Counted from the stretch's first letter, positions 39,901 to 51,340 are shown. The stretch is DNA of 64,000 nucleotides from Tubiluchus corallicola (GCA_030141605.1 JAQGDQ010000066.1:62001-126000), one strand, 5' to 3'. The notes: generated from the letters alone by a model not told the origin. A program made the numbers and translations.

Positions 39901-41929
39901 TCATTGACTAAATCTGTGTGATTGATAATGTGTAATGTACAATTCAATTTAATTCAATTCAATCGTTTCTTTTACACGAGGTAACAACATACAATATTTA
40001 TATGAGAATAATACTGCTATGATAGTTGAGACAGGGTGGCGAAAGACCAAGAGGTCACCTAGCAGCCACCCCTACTTATGCAACATTAATTAGTATGGCT
40101 AATTATCTGACACTAGTTGCAACTTTGTGCGAAACTTATTTAATTTGAGGAAAATAGTGCATCGAAATCACAAAATAAAAATAATAGTAATAATAACCAT
40201 GCGTCAAAATAGCAAAAACATATTGTGTCAATAATCAATAAAGGTTGCAGTAACATATGTGATACACTGGAAAAAAATTAATTACTTACGTTATAAAATC
40301 ACATGCAGATTATAATCAAACAAAGTATTTGGTTGTATTATTTTGAACACTGTTGAAAAAAAATACTCATGGAAATAGCCAAATATAAAGTAATAATAAT
40401 ATTAATAATAACCATGCATCAAAATGCATATTGTGTCAAAAACTGATAGCAGTGAAATACATTAGGAAAAAATTAATCACATGTAAATACAGTGGACTCT
40501 CGTTATAAGAATCACCTCGGGAGAAGGCAAAGTGATTCTTATAACAAGCGATTCTTATAACGAGCATGACACAGAATTGCTTTAAAAAAATTTTATGCAC
40601 ATAAAAATTATTTATTTCCCGAAATTACGCTAGAAATGACATGAAACAGCATAATGTTTTTCTGGCCTAAAAAGGACCTAAAAATTACTAGACTAATATT
40701 TTCATTTCATGGTTGGGTAAATATTTCATGATGACAGAATTGCCTTAAAATTTTTTTAATGCACATAATTTTTTTCTCCACGCCCACTGCGCAGAACCAT
40801 GTGAGAGACAATGGAGTTGGCGCCAAAATTGATTCTACTATCGAAAGAAGGGTGATTCTTATACGAGCGGATTTTCACTAGGAAAATGCCGATTCAATTC
40901 GGGAAACGCGATTTTGATTCTTATATCGAGCTGATTCTTATACGTGTGATTCTTGTAACGAGAGTCCACTGTAAAATCACATGCAAAAATTAATGAAAAT
41001 TTGTACAGACTTAATTTGATACTTAGTAGCGTCTAATATTAATTGCAACTCCATAATATTATTCCAAACAATACATTTGTTAATGAAACTCAAAACTGGC
41101 AGCCTATGCTTTCTTCTGCCCTATACCATTATTTTTTGGCTTACATTTCTACCCTATATTACTATTCCGCCTATAGTGTTTTGTTTGGAATGCGAAAGTG
41201 CTAAAGTGTGTACAGCCGAGAAAGTCAAGCAACACATACAGTCAAGAGCATGAGTGCATAGCTTGGGAGTTAGAGCAGTTAGTTTTGAAAAAGGACGGTC
41301 TGGTAACTCTGTTTATAGAGCAGCTAGCAAGCTGAAATATGGAACAAGAATGCTGTTTCATGGTAGTACTTTATATCTCAAAAACGATGCAAATTCGAAC
41401 TGAAAAAACCAAGTAAGCGAGTAACCTAATACTTTGCACTCTGGACTAATTTTGATGGACGTGACGTTTCATCTAAAAGTAACTTTAAAACAGCAGTGCT
41501 CTACAATTCAATTAAGGAATTTGTTTTCGCACTATTTCACGCTAAGAATAAATGTACAAGTTGCATTAGAAATTTGGTTAGACGATGTATATGCATTTTC
41601 AATGAAGAAAAGCTAAGCAAGCTTGTTCTGCACTTGCAAGCAGAGCAATTATAAATCCACAGGGTTTGTAATGTTGCTGCATGTACTTCATCTAGTTCGT
41701 TTAGTACGAATTGAGTTGTAGGTGTCATATTTTTAACAAAATTCTGGCAACAAATTAAAACTGCGTCATGTGTATCTTGCCTGACTGGAAGATGTGTGAA
41801 AATGTTTAGCAATTCTTAGTTAGTCAGTTACTTACCTTTTTCATTTACAAATTTATCAACTTCATTTCGATAAACAGACAGCACACAAAATGGCAAAACA
41901 AAAAATATAGACAGTCCAAAAAGCAGCAT
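21997..41929 (-). CDS. Cont: Contactin paralog A, complete (signal peptide, C-type lectin, 6 Ig, 4 FN3, GPI-anchor signal), 1245 aa
   Basis: 23 coding exons (minus): 41929-41836, 38424-38229, 36682-36521, 35772-35630, 35433-35221, 34743-34630, 34237-34142, 33456-33241, 32301-32193, 31515-31334, 30798-30496, 30098-29820, 29385-29222, 27196-27070, 26237-26061, 25177-24960, 24771-24647, 24277-24168, 23928-23807, 23436-23250, 23090-22972, 22639-22462, 22100-21997. Total 3738 nt, all GT-AG, open frame. Hallmarks: NVSGGGGKIGDLHITW, DSGMYQCQATN, GFSNGGDG, hydrophobic C-terminus SISLIVIAILFAFLRWNQL*. Confidence 0.95.
23626..23703. repeat. Near-perfect tandem duplication of about 38 bp
   Basis: CAGATGTGCAGCTTAGCCAT(T/A)TGTCAAAAAATTAACTA occurs twice. 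Confidence 0.85.
27250..27539. mobile_element. Foldback-type MITE with about 55-bp imperfect terminal inverted repeats
   Basis: Left TAAAAGCACAACTAGATATTTGTACACAAGGTTAAGGGAATTGAACTACTTGCAC matches the reverse complement of right GTGCAAAGTAGTTCAATTCCCTAACTTTCTTTACAAACACCTAACTATACTTTTA. Confidence 0.7.
33675..34131 (+). mobile_element. Helentron-associated non-autonomous element (HINE/DINE-1-like)
   Basis: Two tandem core repeats of about 155 bp (TGACC..TTGACC; TCTTCCTCTA.TGA.GGA.GACATA.ATGTGAAAG), an ACAGACAGACGG microsatellite and a terminal hairpin (CCTCT...AGAGG) before GGATAAT. Confidence 0.65.
35079..35198. repeat. Imperfect (CAT)n microsatellite
   Basis: Directly visible; accounts for the poly-Asp and poly-Ser tails of ORFs 35141-35350 and 35127-35432. 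Confidence 0.9.
38630..38739. repeat. Local tandem duplication (about 45-50 bp)
   Basis: ACAAGAAAGATAGGGATAATTCA...AAGTGGGGCAGCACTAACCAAG occurs twice. Confidence 0.8.
40490..40971. mobile_element. Tc1/mariner-superfamily (pogo/Tigger-like) MITE, 482 bp
   Basis: 26-bp TIRs CAGTGGACTCTCGTTATAAGAATCAC / GTGATTCTTGTAACGAGAGTCCACTG (1 mismatch), TA target duplication at both ends, subterminal GATTCTTATA repeats. Confidence 0.93.
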
Positions 41930-43415
41930 GTTTAACAGCCTGCAACAGAAAAAGATAAACATTTACTACTAGAATTGGCTTCGAAGTCATCATGTACATG
42001 CTACAGTTTCTCAAGTAAAAGAGACAATCAGTGTGTATTCAAATGAAACACTGCAATGAAATAAAAATTATAGCAAAAACCAAATTTGTTGAGCTTTCTT
42101 ATTAATGATCCTTATAAGAGAAAATTATGCAGTTCTACTAGCAGATTTGTACTTTATGAAGTACCTATATAAGTAAATTTTCATGTCGCCTTTTGTACTT
42201 TAACAGTGATCTACTGAACTGCTACAATATAATTGTAGTAACGTCTCATTCAACAACCAATGTGCTAAATAAGCTGTCACAAATTGAAACTAAACCTTCC
42301 ATAAGAAATAATGGAAATGTGTGCCAGGGGCAAAAATCAATATTTAAATCAACTATTTTACGAGGTTCATTGTTTCTATTCATATATTATTCATTTATTA
42401 GTGGTAATAAGTAACAATTTACAATAATGTTATTGCATATAAGGTTACAGGCACAGCAATTCTATGTCTTAATTTTAACAAAACAATAATGGTTTTTGCG
42501 ATACTTTCTTGTGAAATTAATGAGTCTTCTTTGGTGCACCACTTGTTGAACATAATGCATGTCCTTCATTTATCAAAACCCTTTTTCCTCTTTCTTTCCC
42601 CTGTTTATGTACACATTTTGTATTTTCTATAATTTTTTTTAACTTTCTTGACTGATGACTGAGACAAGAACATTGTTACTGCCTTGTGTCTTTACATCCT
42701 AGAAAGTTCAACTACATATATAATATTATGCCATCTCTCTTCTTCGGTTTTATGCTAGTTATGGATTTTTACAGAGAAATGTTTAAATGTACAGTGTTAT
42801 TCTTTCATTAGCATACATGAAAACGAAGTAGCTAGTGAATGAAGCTTTTAATTCCATATTAAAAATAAGAATTGGTGGCTATGTATATACATATAGAAGG
42901 TAGGCAGAATGCTTAAAAAAATCTGATATTTATTATTACTTACATTGTTAAGTGAGAAAAACATCTGCAGTTTAGTATCATTAAAACAATTTATTGCTAA
43001 ACAGCGCGTCACTAAGTGAGGACTGACTGTATAAACACTATGCTCTAACAGTTTTTTAGTTAATGCTCACATTATCCATTTTCTGTTATGTTAAGAATCT
43101 TAAGTTGCTTTTATTTTGTTTGCATCACATATTCACAGTATTTTAGAATTGTAAATTTTTGGTTATTTAAATTATAATGTTCTACAATATTGCATTTTCC
43201 ATCAGTTAATTGCCAATTACACACGTCAACAGAATTCAAATTTAAATTGAAAACGGTGCCAAAATTAATTTTACTTAATCGTTGCTATTTAAGGGTGGCT
43301 AACTAGATAACCTACGTGTTCTTCGCTGCCCTTCCCCTTTGTTACGTAATATTGCATGTATTCCTAATACTGTATTTTGTTAATTCTAGAGGAGTTAATA
43401 AATGAATTGAATTGC

Positions 43416-43565
43416 AGTGATGTTACAAATGTAACTAGTTAAAAAAAGAATTCCAAAATTACAGAAAAATATAACTCTAACAAGTTAAAATATTTAGAAG
43501 TTAGCTTGTAACTGTAACTAGTTCCTTTTTTGTTGTAAATTGTAACGGAAATAATAGTTACTTAT
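43416..43565. repeat. GTAACTAGTTAC-rich MITE remnant (related cluster at 63140-63225)
   Basis: Repeated GTAACT/AGTTAC motifs starting at CAGTGATGTTAC. Confidence 0.4.
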
Positions 43566-44045
43566 ACCTTTACAGGTGCCTAGAATCTTTTATTAACGGC
43601 GAGCCATGGATAAATATTGTACTTTGCTAGATTAAACTCTTCTTACGGTTTTGCACCATACAGTTGTTTGTTGTTAAACAGAAATTTCTATGGTACAAGT
43701 TGGCAGTCCAACTCCCCCTTCTGGTATGAATTTTTATATAGATATCAGGCGTGACAACTTCATATAACAGTTACTTACACTTTTAAATATAAACTTAATT
43801 ATTGTTCGTCTTGTAATTCCATTGATATGATATATCGTCATAAAATCTTACATATCTTGCTACTTTAATTACCAAGAACCATTATATTACATATTATTAG
43901 GCACTAAAGACTTAATTACATTAGTCATTAGGCTTACAAATACATAAAACCAGTAAATAATACAAGTACTGCTAATAAAACGTTATTTTCAGTTGAATTA
44001 GTAACACAATAACAACACTAGTTGAAATTACAACGTATAAACAAT

Positions 44046-44200
44046 ACTTACATACTAAACCAAAATACACATAATTTAAAATTGCAGTTATAACAAACAG
44101 TCACACGCCTTACACAATGAATACACGGCTGATGAGTGACTGTAGTGCTTTGAATGCACGCTGATGACGTCAAACAGGTGTGACAATTTGAAGCGCCATC
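44046..44200 (-). promoter_or_regulatory. Candidate promoter and first non-coding exon of contactin A
   Basis: The ATG exon is preceded by an acceptor (41940-41942), so an upstream exon must exist. There is a GTAAGT donor at 44051-44046, a palindromic CRE TGACGTCA at 44165-44172 and a YY1-like GCGCCATCT at about 44193. Confidence 0.35.
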
Positions 44201-44743
44201 TAGACTTTCATCTAAAAAATAAATGACCAGGTGTGAATATTTTTAAGAAGCGGTTATGAAATTGAAATACTTACGATGCATATACCAACTTGCAATCTAA
44301 TAAAAAAGTAAAAATAACTGACAATGGTTAATGATACGTTGCTAAAATAATTGGTTTTCTCACGAGTTATCAAAAACTGCAGTATCCTTGTCACATGTAA
44401 CATTACATTACCTGTACGTCCTAACCTTTCAAGACATAATTGGTCATGCTAAACGAAAAATTCGGTTCACGCGATAACTTTTGGTTGTATGTGATGGTAA
44501 CTTATTGTCAAAATATTAATAACAATATACCGTTTAAAAATTTAGCCGAGCTTCAACAATGTTCATACCAATTAAACAAAGAAGAAAACATGCAAAACAA
44601 ATTCACGTAACTACATCTTTCATTCACACGAGAATATAGCTAAAAGTCTAAAGAAAGGTCTTTTAAATGTATAAATAAAAAATAATGCTCCAAATTGACC
44701 ATGTATATATACGTATGTCTAGATATGACACATCCATCATTCA

Positions 44744-44862
44744 TACAACGGCTAAATCACGTTGAAAACACCGGTTCTCGTCTGATCACCGAAGTTAAGC
44801 AACGTAGAGGCTGGTTGTACTTGGATGGGTGACCGCCTAGGAATACCAGGTGCTGTAGGCTT
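44744..44862 (+). pseudogene. 5S rRNA: 5S rRNA-derived sequence (diverged; head of a SINE rather than a functional 5S gene)
   Basis: ACGGCTAAATCACGTTGAAAACACCGGTTCTCGTCTGATCACCGAAGTTAAGCAACG...GTACTTGGATGGGTGACCGCCTAGGAATACCAGGTGCTGTAGGCTT matches the metazoan 5S consensus, including boxes A and C. It has substitutions and no oligo-T terminator. Confidence 0.92.
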
Positions 44863-45275
44863 GCGGGATGTCCACACTGTATCTCGACACTAGGCGGAGG
44901 AGCTGCACAAGCTGCCAACGGCTAGAGGGCGGAGGAGGTCAAGTGACCCAATGGCCATGTGTAGAGGAGTAAACCTTCCAAATCAGGAGTGGAGCCCCGA
45001 AGGCAGACCAGTGCAGCATGCTCACTGACTCCGGCAGCTCCTGCTGCCAAACGTATTGCTCTGCTTTCCTTTGGACTACACCAGCGAAGAAGAGAGGGGT
45101 TGCTGCTGTCTGGACAACTCAGGATCTCCATACACCTTGCCAAGGCGTGCGCCCTGGAGATGTTCAAAGATAGCACAGCTCAGCCACAGTCGATGCTGCA
45201 GCTCCATCAATGTGATCAATAACTGACTCTCTTGGTGAACACACTCCATTGTCTTACGAGACAGAAGGATGCCAA
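44749..45275 (+). mobile_element. 5S rRNA-headed SINE with a bipartite RTE-like body and tail
   Basis: Exact 15-bp flanking direct repeat CCATCATTCATACAA (44734-44748 and 45276-45290). The GC-rich body (GGAGTGGAGCCCCGAAGGC...GCTTTCCTTTGGAC...GCGCCCTGGAG) resembles the conserved RTE 5'UTR. The end CCATTGTCTTACGAGACAGAAGGATGCCAA resembles RTE 3' termini. Resemblance is from recall. Confidence 0.82.
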
Positions 45276-45569
45276 CCATCATTCATACAAGAGTGTATAA
45301 ATGAACAGAGCCAACTACTGCAGGGATTGCGCTGAGCTAGGATATGGGTTGCAGTTTGTCAATAGTTAATTTGTAAACTTTTACTTCTTACTATTATGTT
45401 TGATCATCATTCACCTATCGTCATACTGGTGATAATACTCTAAGTATCAGCTGCAAAAAACGTATTGATGGTCTTGTAAAGTCCTTAGAATCTAATGCAA
45501 ATATTTCTGTAAAATGTTATAACGAAAAATCATATTTGTGTCAATATTGAAAAATTTTTCCAGTTTTAC

Positions 45570-45775
45570 CAGTTTTTCCTACTTTTTCCGCACTATTTTT
45601 TCTTGTGTCATTTTTACCGTGTAATTTTTAACCGTACCATTTTTTCCTGTGCCATTTTCACTTACTTTTCCATTTGTGCCATTTCCTTCTCTGCCATTTC
45701 ACCCGTGCCATTTTTAACTGCTTTTCCATTTGTTCCATTTTTCCTGTGCCATTTTTATTCGTGCCATTTTACCTA
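45570..45775. repeat. Minisatellite, about 14-15-bp unit (TGCCATTTTT core)
   Basis: About 12 degenerate tandem copies; this explains ORF 45603-45878. Confidence 0.85.
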
Positions 45776-46299
45776 CATTTGTATACACAGCCTCAGCCAG
45801 TTCTGTACAGCCTATGATGTCTGGCTGCAAAAATTCTGTTTGATCGTCATTCTGCTAATCTATATCCACGAACTGTGATTGTTAATCTATCCAGTTAGTG
45901 TGTTCTAGATGTACCTGCCTTAGAAATTATTGTTGCTTTGTGAGTACTACAGAATTACTTACAGTTACTCAAGTGTTTGCTGTTCATCTTTAACCCACAG
46001 TGATACAGTAGTTGTACCCTACATTTTCAGAGGTTTCGAAATTTACAATATTTTGTTTTCCATTTGAATTTATAATGATATTGTCAGTTATGTTAGGCAA
46101 GTGTATGAGGAAAACTAGAAAACATTTATTAACAACACAACTTTTATTAAAAAGAAACTTCAATTACAATTCTTTAAAAAACATGTAGAGACTCTTAAAC
46201 AGCAGTCAGCTGTCATCTTTAGTGATATAATATACAATATAGAAAGCACTTGCTCGTTTTTCCTCCTTACAATAGCCTTATTAATTATGATTGCGCTGT

Positions 46300-46522
46300 T
46301 GCATCCGCTGTATTGGTTGTCGTAAGATAAAGTAATTTTAATGATTCCATTCTACTTTGCCAGTGTCAGGGTCGTTGCGAATGCTTTAATCGCAAATCAT
46401 GGACTACTGCCGCGCTGAGTTACTCGAGTGTCAACATTGGAAACTAGGAACTGGTTGTTAGACATTTTAGGAAAGCGGTCACGACAAAGAAAGTTTTCTT
46501 AGTACCGAAAATCCTTGTAAAG
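46300..46522 (+). promoter_or_regulatory. Candidate hnRNP L promoter / 5' UTR
   Basis: CpG-enriched stretch just upstream of the ATG with an inverted CCAAT (ATTGG, 46312-46316). Confidence 0.35.
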
Positions 46523-49500
46523 ATGGCAAATCATTACGACAACCAACCAAGTAAACGAATCAAGACAGAGAATTTTGGTGGGGGACGAGGACCTGGTGGG
46601 ACATATGATGATCAGCACAAGGTTTCTCCGTCTCCTGTCGTTCACGTGCGTGGTTTGTCCGACTGCGCTATGGAACGAGATATTGTAGATGCCGTACAGC
46701 ATTTTGGAAGTGTTGATCATGTGGTAGTGATGCCAAGGAAAAGACAAGCTTTGGTACAGTTTCAGGTATGCAAATTCTACTTTTTGTTTCTAATCTAGGT
46801 ACTTTTGTTGGTCATATGATGTTTGAAGTTGAAGTTGGTCATTTTTTGCGGCAAACCAACGTCGGGAGGTAAGCTGTCAATACTGCTCTGACAGCAATAC
46901 CACGTGAACTTAAGATCCTGCTATTTTTGAATATTGATATAATAATAAATAGCGCCAACAAAGCATAATAATGGACAATGCAATTTTTTAAATGATCGCT
47001 TTCATGGCAATCAGTATCACTATCAATATTACAGTGATTACTTCAAATTTCAATAGGTGGTTTGGACACCATAGCGTAGGAGTTCCCACAGATTAACTAA
47101 TACGTGAATAGCCTTATTACTGTTTTTAATATAACATTTTTTGTGTATGAGTCATTGGGAGTATACAGCCAATTAACTGTAAGTGTGCCATTATTTTTGC
47201 ATTGTCATCAGTTATTTATCTGTTCATTTCATCTCTGCTGCGTATGTCAGACAAATCATAGATCCCAAAAGGAAACAACACGCTTAGAGTTATAATATCA
47301 TGCTTTGAGACTTCACAATCTTGGACTAGGAATGACCAATTAATTAAATTAACTAGGCAGAGTGATCAGAATTTAACGTTTGTGGGTTATGAGTAGGGAT
47401 GCATCGAAATTCGGAAACATTCGTATTTCGGTTACCAAACCAAAACAAATTTTTGGTTCATTTCGTTTCTTTGGTAAGAAAAAATTCAGTAAAGTTTTGT
47501 TTTGGTAATTTTTTTCTAAGAAATTTGGCTGACATTTTGCAAAATTCGATTCAGTTAGTTTAAATAAATTCGGTCGTGACCAGTAGAAATTCGTTTTTAT
47601 AATTTGCCATTTTTGTCCGACGAATGCCTTCATTAAGCAATACAACTAAGCCTGGCAAAACCAACCAACAATTTTTCAACAAAACTGTTTGCGCATATTA
47701 GGCTGGCAGCTTAAACTAGCTTCGTAAAGTTTTACCATTTGGGGTGATGCACCTGGATGCAGTGGAAGTTGTTCACTAGACGAGGTTTTCATTTCTACGA
47801 TGTACGTACACATGATTTTCTTGTTAATTTAGCAGAAATCTGGGAACAGGATATTAAGAAACTGGTGGGAAGTTTAGGGTTCCGTCATTTTTTTGTAAGC
47901 TTGTGTACATTTTAGAAAATATAACTGGATGAGATAATGATAACATAGTGATAACCACAACGGATATATGTAGTGCAATTAAAAGGCGTAAAAATGTAAT
48001 TTTAGTTAAAGGGCGTTTAGTTAGTTTCTTATTAAATTTTTGCACTATGCATGGATAGAGACAATATTAAGGTATTTATTATACTGTTATCTGTTAATGA
48101 AAACTGATTTAAGTACTGGTTAATTACTGTTTGGGTTGTCAAAATGTAATTTGTAAGCATAGGAAGGGGGTTTTGAAATTTATCGCTATAAGTTTATAAT
48201 TTGGTTCTGCTGAATTCGGTTTTGGTAAAAAAATTTAAATTCGGTTCGGTCAAAAAATTCAGTACTGGTTCGATAAAATCTGGTTTCGGTGCATTCCTAG
48301 CTATGAGTCAAATAATAAAATTTCTTTTATGTCGAATTAAATACAAAATGTCAGTAATGTAACTTTTGTGATTCCTTTTCTGTCCAAGTTATATCCCAAC
48401 ACTTGTGTGCTGTTGGTGTTGCCAAAAAAGGTAACTTGACAATCCAAACAAAAGAGGCCTACTTGCAGCGTTTTAGAATTACGGGCATTTCCCGCCATGT
48501 AACTATATATATATGACTGATTTCCATAATCTAGAAAATTTAATTTTTGGTAGGCATTGCAGAGTTTATGAAGACACTCAGATTAACTGTTTTGTGATTC
48601 TTTGCCCTGGCAGCCACCTTTAATTCATTTTATTATTCTCATTCACTCTTACATATATGTGGTGTACAGTTATTTGCATTAGGATATGCAAGATATCCCA
48701 TTTTCTTATTTTTTCTATAACACTTGTTCTGTCTTTAACACTGCCTTTTTGTGTGATTCGTTTATTATTGATTAGTATTAATATCTGGGATAGAAGAAGC
48801 TGACAGCAGACACTCTGCATTAATTCCATCATTCCATCTTTTCCCAGTTTACATTTATCAATTAAGTGTATACATGAAAAAAACAAATTAAGGCCTGCTT
48901 ATCACTTAGTCCTTTATTTTCACAGCATAGTACTTTGCTTATTGCACTTAATGAAGAATACTATCTTTTCTCTAGAATTTTTATATTATTACAGACAGAT
49001 GTGTCTCCTGCTAAAACCTAAATCATTGTGGAACACCACTAATATTTTGATGTGTCCACTTGAATATAACAATACACTTAATTATAAAAAATCAGTATTT
49101 TCAATGAATTAAATTGCATTTATTCCAGAACTATATAGCTTTGCAGTACCATTGCTTTATTAGGCAAACTTAGATAAAGGGCCAACCAAAAGTATCATAT
49201 ATTCTTAAAAGTAATTGATCACAATTTCAGTATAAAGAAAACCAAGAATGGTGTTACAAATTTTAATTAAAAGAAATTTCATGTCAATTAACTAGTGATA
49301 AAGTAGTGATGCAGTCATAGCCTATATTCATTATGTAACCAATGCAATGATGAAATGTGTAGCATAAATTTACTCCTTTCTGGCAAGTTATTAAAGGGTA
49401 TATAACCTTGTTAATCATCTAAAGATCATGCTTGCTCAGGGTAATATCGACAGTTGCCTTTGATAATAACTGGTGGCTACCTTCCAATCTTTCATGAGTA

Positions 49501-51340
49501 TCATGACTAGTTTAGCTAAAGCTATAACATTTGCCTATAATACCGATACTTATACAAACTTTACACACTAAGCTTTGACATACTACTACCAAATGAACTA
49601 ATCACTTTTAGTTGCTACAGAAGGACAAAAATGTTACTGTTATGTAAATGTTGCCTTACATATTCATAATGATATTGAAATTTCATTTTATGAGTTACAT
49701 ACTTTATTAACTTGGCATAACAGGTTAAGGTATTTAATCACTTCAAGATATGGTATGTTTAGGATTTCACGAAAAATGTTTTTCATTTCAAAAATTTATC
49801 AAACAGACCAAATCAGGTTTACTTTGCAACACTGATTACCATTTATAAACTATTATACCATTATCAGTGTACTATACAAATAATAATCTTGCACATTGTC
49901 TTTGTTGTTGTCCATCAGGATATCACAGGAGCACATAACTGCGTAAGCTATGCAGAAAATGGCCAGATCTTTATTGCCGGACAGCCAGCATTCTTCAATT
50001 TTTCGACAAGCCAGCATCTTGAAAGGTCTCATCCGTCATCAGAGATGGAAAAGAAACAGCCAAATTGTGTCCTCCTCTTTACAATTGCTAATCCAGCATA
50101 TCCTATAACTACCGATGTCCTGCACAAGATATGTAGCCCCATTGGAGAAGTTTTGAGAATTGTAGTTTTTAAGAAGAATGGTGTGCATGCCATGGTTGAG
50201 TTTGACAGTGCAGACACGGCAACAAGGGCCATGGAACAACTGAATGGGGCTGACATATACTCTGGTTGCTGCACTCTTAAGATTGAATATGCCAAGCCGC
50301 CTCGTCTGAATGTCTTTAAGAATGACAACGACAGTTGGGATTACACACAGCCAAACTTGGGAAAATTTGGTGGACAAGAACCTACACAGAGACGGGCTCC
50401 ACTTCTCCAAGAACCTCCTGGTGGTGGATATCCTGGAGGAAATGATCAGATGTCTCGTCGCGGACCTGGTGGTTTTGATGATGGCTATGGTGGTGGTTAT
50501 GGACAACAGGGTGGCAGAGGCCACAATATGCAATATGGAGGACCACCAGGCCCTGATCACTATAGGGGCCCACCTGGTGGTGATAGGTTTGGTGGCCAAG
50601 GGCCTGGCATGGATAACTATGGACCAGGTCCACAAGGACCTGGAGACAGATATGGTATGGGCGGTGGACAAGGTGGCCCACCTGGACAACAGGGTTCTGT
50701 TATGATGGTCTATGGATTAAATCCTGATAAAGTTAATTGCGATTCACTTTTTAATGTCTGTTGCTTATATGGAAATGTCTCTAAAATCAAGTTCTTGAAG
50801 TCAAAGGCCGGTGTGGCCATGATTCAGATGTCTGATGCTGCTGCGGCCGAAAGAGTCATACATCATTTAAATAACACCTACTTTTTTGATAGCAAGATGC
50901 AGATGGGGCCATCTAAGCAAGCATTCCTTAATGAAGTCATAAATCCATACACGTTACCTGACGGGGAACCTTCATACAAAGATTACACTGGCAGTAGAAA
51001 TAACCGTTTTTCAACTCCAGAACAAGCAAACAAAAATCGAATTCAGTCACCTTCAAAAGTTGTCCACTTTTACAATGTCCCTTATGGTATTAAGAAGGAA
51101 GAGGTAAGAGAAATGTTTGAAGGTTTTGGTGCCCCACCACCAATGAAAGTTTTAGTGTTTCCAGCAAAGTCAGAGAAAAGTGCTTCTGGTTTGGCAGAAT
51201 GGGATCGGCCAGAAGGTGCCTTTGAGGCTGTTTGCATCTGCAATCACAAGCAAATTCCTAATCCTACTGGAAAGTTTCCTTACACACTGAAGCTGTGCTT
51301 TTCCATAGTTCCTCGAGGGCAAATTTTAGAAGATGTTTAA
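46523..51340 (+). CDS. HNRNPL: Heterogeneous nuclear ribonucleoprotein L (4 RRMs, Gly/Pro-rich linker), 554 aa
   Basis: join(46523-46765, 49919-51340), phase-0 GT-AG intron. RRM1 SPVVHVRGL...MPRKRQALVQF, RRM2 YPITTDVLHKIC...LNGADIYSGCCTLKIEYAKP, RRM3 VMMVYGL...YGNVSKIKFLK, SRNNRFSTPEQANKNRIQ, C-terminal PYTLKLCFS. Confidence 0.96.
47394..48299. mobile_element. hAT-type MITE (906 bp) in the hnRNP L intron
   Basis: TIRs TAGGGATGCATCGAAA / TTTCGGTGCATTCCTA, 8-bp TSD GTTATGAG / GCTATGAG (1 mismatch), subterminal TTCGGT repeats. Confidence 0.88.

Noticed and set aside
44744-44862. Functional 5S rRNA gene
   Set aside because: Solitary, diverged, no oligo-T terminator, and enclosed with downstream sequence by a TSD.
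44922-45282. ORFs in the GC-rich block, including RISIHLAKACALEM, which looked like the end of a CRE/RLE endonuclease
   Set aside because: The nucleotide sequence fits an RTE 5'UTR-like SINE body better; the ORFs are short and lack catalytic motifs.
50029-50705. Overlapping and antisense ORFs of 99-216 aa
   Set aside because: Shadow frames of the Gly/Pro-rich hnRNP L exon.
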